Notes under the pieces: generated by a model
What the model saw: only the letters and a program-made list of their open reading frames with translations
What the model was told of the DNA's origin: nothing
Databases searched by the model: none
Part shown: piece after piece, positions 60,823 through 64,000 of the stretch
How the letters are laid out: every line of letters starts with the position of its first letter
Position numbering within the stretch: the stretch's first letter is position 1
Made by a program: the position numbers and the translations under genes
DNA from: Zygnema circumcarinatum SAG 698-1b
Lineage: Eukaryota; Plantae; Zygnematophyceae
NCBI GenBank assembly: GCA_037447605.1
Contig: CM074804.1
Location: 868,001 to 932,000 of the forward strand
DNA: 64,000 nucleotides
Reading direction: 5' to 3'

Positions 60823-61064
60823 AGAGAGAGGGGGGGAAATGCGAGGAATCCAAAAAGGAAATCCGGTTGATTTAGAAGTGTGAGCCAACCATTCATTGTA
60901 AGCATCGGTGTGCCACTCCTCGACTTCTCGAATGGCACGCTGCCACGTGGCACCGCCCCGCGCCCTCTCCACTCCCTGCAGACCTCCGCCTGCTGCCAAA
61001 GCTCCGCCATGTCCGCCGGGTCCACAAGCTCTTCCCAGTACCAAGTACGCGCCTCCGTTGCCAT
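58052..61064 (-). CDS. tandem two-domain lytic transglycosylase (SLT-like) protein, 7 exons
   Basis: Domain 1: WYWEELVDPADMAELW..PMLTMN|EVWAVAEAVIGRHF..VVEAESGRQP..GLMQ|VLQSTGEWL..YYGCAYLNWL..EEFMVRGYNGG. Domain 2: WTYWEERASSADIAELW..PYLTKEELKAVAEIIVRKHF..LAEAGS..GIMQV..YFGAAYVSWL..FKGG. Confidence 0.88.
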
Positions 61065-61519
61065 ACTGTTTCTACCGTTTTTGTGGCTCTTAATACAGAC
61101 TAAGATAGTATCCTCAGGTTTTCTACGGCCCGTAGGATTTCCAACTAACGCAGTTTTAGGGGTTTTTAGGCTTCTAAAATTTCCTGAAAGCTTAGGATTT
61201 TGAATTCGTAGGTTATGAGACTTCGGGCTTCCTGCAATGTGAAGGTTTGCAGGGCCTATTGACACTCTAATATTCAAAAGAAGTGGCCCTTGTTTCTTCT
61301 TAAACGTAAACTTATGAGTGCTTTTGGACTTCCCACTCCATGAGGCCGCCAAGTGGCACGAAAGCAGTGGCTGGAATTTTGGCCCTGACACGTGTCTAGC
61401 TGGCGGAGCCGCTATTTGCAGAGAAGAGGCGAAGGGCCCCAGCTTGCAGCCCTCTTGTGATATAAGGATTTGTAAGAAATTCGGCGAATTTTGAAAATCT
61501 TGACGTTTCTCACGGCTTG

Positions 61520-61940
61520 AAGCCTCAGAATCTCGCTTTCTCGCTCTCTCACTCACCCTCTCTCGCTCGCTCTCTCACTCACTCTCTCAGTCTCTCTCTC
61601 TCTCACTCAGTCTTTCTCGCTCTCTCTGTCGCTCTCTCACTCACCCTCTCTCGCTCGCTCTCTCACTCACTCTCTCAGTCTCTCTCTCTCACTCACTCTC
61701 CCTCGCTCTCTCTCTCGCTCTCTCACTCACCCTCTCTCGCTCGCTCTCTCATACACCCTCTCTCGCTCGCTCTCTCACTCACTCTCTCAGTCTCCCTCTC
61801 TCACTCACTCTCCCTCGCTCTCTCTCTCGCTCTCTCACTCACCTTCTCTCGCTCGCTCCCTCACTCACTCTCTCGGTCTCTCTCTCTCACTCACTCCCTC
61901 GCTCGCGCTCTCGCTCTCACTCTCTCTCCCCTCTCTCTTT
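61520..61940. repeat. CT/CTCA/CTCG microsatellite tract
   Basis: Repeated TCTCGCTCTCTCACTCAC units upstream of the SLT gene. Confidence 0.85.
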
Positions 61941-62283
61941 CTCCTAAATTTTACGAAGTACAATCATGGAAGAAGTCAGACCGAGTGCTTCGCCGCGTTA
62001 CCGTCGAGTGCTGTCGCGCGCTCGCCCTCGCACGGAGGGAGGGAGGGAGGGAAGGAGGGAGGGCTGACGTGGCACTCCATTCTTGACACGTGGCACTCCC
62101 ATGGGCCTGTTCGCCAAGTGGCAGCCCTGTGAGAGCCGCACATGCCACGTAAACATAGCTGACATGGACGCATACCGGGGCCGGACGATTGGCCGGGCCA
62201 CGCCGTACTGTACGGTCAGATCGGCTGTTCTGCTGGCCGGGGACGTTTGTCATTTTACGGAGGGCAGCCGGCCAGAGGCAGCC

Positions 62284-62449
62284 GGCCAGAGGCAGCCAGC
62301 CGGGCGGGCGGGCAGGGCAGGGGCGTGCGGCATCGCCCTCTGGCCACCTCTCTCTTCCCCTCCCTCACCCTCTCCCTTTAATAACCCCTCTCGCTCTCTC
62401 TCTCACTCTCTCTCTCTCCGCCCGCCCGCCCGGCTGGCTTCCTCTGGCC
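62284..62449. repeat. 30-bp inverted repeat with 106-bp spacer
   Basis: GGCCAGAGGCAGCCAGCCGGGCGGGCGGGC (62284-62313) vs the reverse complement of 62420-62449; 1 mismatch. Confidence 0.8.
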
Positions 62450-64000
62450 AGAGGCCCTTCAGAAAACGGCAAACGCCCACAACCAAAAAACCAGACCAGA
62501 ATGCACAGGATAAACCAACTTGTTTCAGGCTTTGTAACAAGTAAAGCATTCTCCCTGCCAGACACCGATTGGTCCAAGTCGATTGAGGGGTATTTTTTTT
62601 TTCTTTTTTTTTTGCATTCGCAAAGCAACATTCATTGAATAACATTCAAGAATGCACTCAACACTTCAAAGCATTCCATAAAGCCATTTTTTACTTCCGG
62701 CAAATGCCAGCAAAAGGTTACATAACGTACGAAAAGACACGAAGAAAACTGCTTTTCCATCCAACATAATGTGTGTAGTGTGTGAACACAGCCGAAGTTC
62801 CATTATCCTAAAACCCTACTCGTACGAATCTCTCCCCCATTAAGTCGATTGAACCGCCATAGATCGACCTATAGTCACCTGTTTCAACCAGCCACTGTGA
62901 AAGAATGGGAGTTTCGTAAGGACAAGTAAAACTGCATCCAAGCGGTACATGTTCATAAATAATAGCTAATGAGCATCTATTTGCCGATTGCAAGTTTTCA
63001 CATGAATGGCAGACACTAACACAGCACCTATCGATAAAAATGTCTGAAAGCTACTTCCACGGGAGCAACAGAGACTGCATCATGGATAGGTATCGCTTTC
63101 CAAATCCTCTCCCGCTAAATGTTTTGTTTAGGACCTCAGCGCTGACAGATTAGCAGCGAAAGGGCTGGAGTAGCGGAAGTGTGGCATCCAAAGCAATAAA
63201 AAAGGTCGGCAAATCCTGCTCTAGATGCAAGTTCAGACACAGAGTTCCTGACTGCTTCCTGTATGGAAACCATACAAACGTCCAGCAGAACATCCCAGAG
63301 CATGCTTGAAATTTCAGCCTCAGTGGTTTGAGTATATAAAATAGTCTGCAAAGCCTTTTGGGCTCAAGAAATTGTGAAATTTTTGTCGTCATAGGCTGCA
63401 CACGAATTCAAATGATTGCAGACTGAAGTCTAGAAAACATTACGATAAAACAATCACAGAAACTGAATCATCCTAAGCAATGAATATCCAAATAAAATAG
63501 GAGATCAACCTTGCAGACGTGATACTTGACAGCCGTTCAGGAAATTGTGAGATAGGAACAGAGTTTTCTCTTCAAAGCTACCGCAGCAGCTCAAAGCGAG
63601 CTGGGATTATCTGAATCATCACAACGGCTGCCAAACATAGCACAAGAGTCTATCGTAGCTTTCTACACATCAATCAATTCAAAAATAACGATTTGGAAGC
63701 CACAAACAATCTATTTTTCACCAAAACCATGCATGCTCATACATTACAAACCATGCATGCTCATACATTACAAACCATGCAACGCCCACTCCATCAGATT
63801 TCCCACTCACTTGACGCCACCTCCCCAACCGCCTTCTCCCAAATCTCCAGGTCTAGCCATTCAGTCAAAAATCCAGCCACAAGCATCCAAGTATAACGAC
63901 TTTCATGAGCTTAGCAAGACTCCTTGCTGGTGAGCCTCGTCTGCTTACCACTCACCGCACGGCAAGACCTGCAGCCCGCCCACCCGCCGGCCCGCCAGAT

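Noticed and set aside
63723-63780. 24-bp tandem duplication (AAACCATGCATGCTCATACATTAC x2.4)
   Set aside because: Ordinary slippage repeat with no further structure.
62800-64000. Possible 3' exons of a gene continuing beyond the window (short minus-strand ORFs)
   Set aside because: I could not assemble a consistent spliced frame or recognise a family.

Overview
Eukaryotic, intron-rich, microsatellite-rich DNA from a plant-lineage genome. The gene set and GA/CT-rich introns suggest a streptophyte alga or non-seed plant; this is inference. The window opens in a decayed Ty1/copia LTR retrotransposon (1-~4558). It holds six small secreted single-FAS1 (fasciclin) genes in two structural subtypes (four 3-exon copies at 5.2-16.9 kb, two 2-exon copies at 35.7-43.8 kb). 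Between FAS1 copies 2 and 3 is a same-strand mosaic of decayed fragments of three unrelated housekeeping genes (DEAD-box helicase, KIN17, ARPC1). Intact-looking genes are a membrane-anchored thioredoxin-domain protein (CHHC), a guanylate-binding-protein-like GTPase, an intronless DUF2985/PLAC8 protein, a THUMP-like protein, CAAX protease RCE1, and a tandem two-domain lytic transglycosylase (SLT)-like protein. The non-coding DNA has several foldback or palindromic elements, including a ~950-bp Mutator-like foldback. The most striking non-coding pattern is a recurrent CCAAT-N9-CCACG (ERSE-I-type) element: 7 perfect copies, found as head-to-head dyads, as a 39-bp-period array, in two divergent promoters and at the centre of the foldback transposon. 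All exon structures and homology calls were made by eye and from memory of the families, with no database searches.
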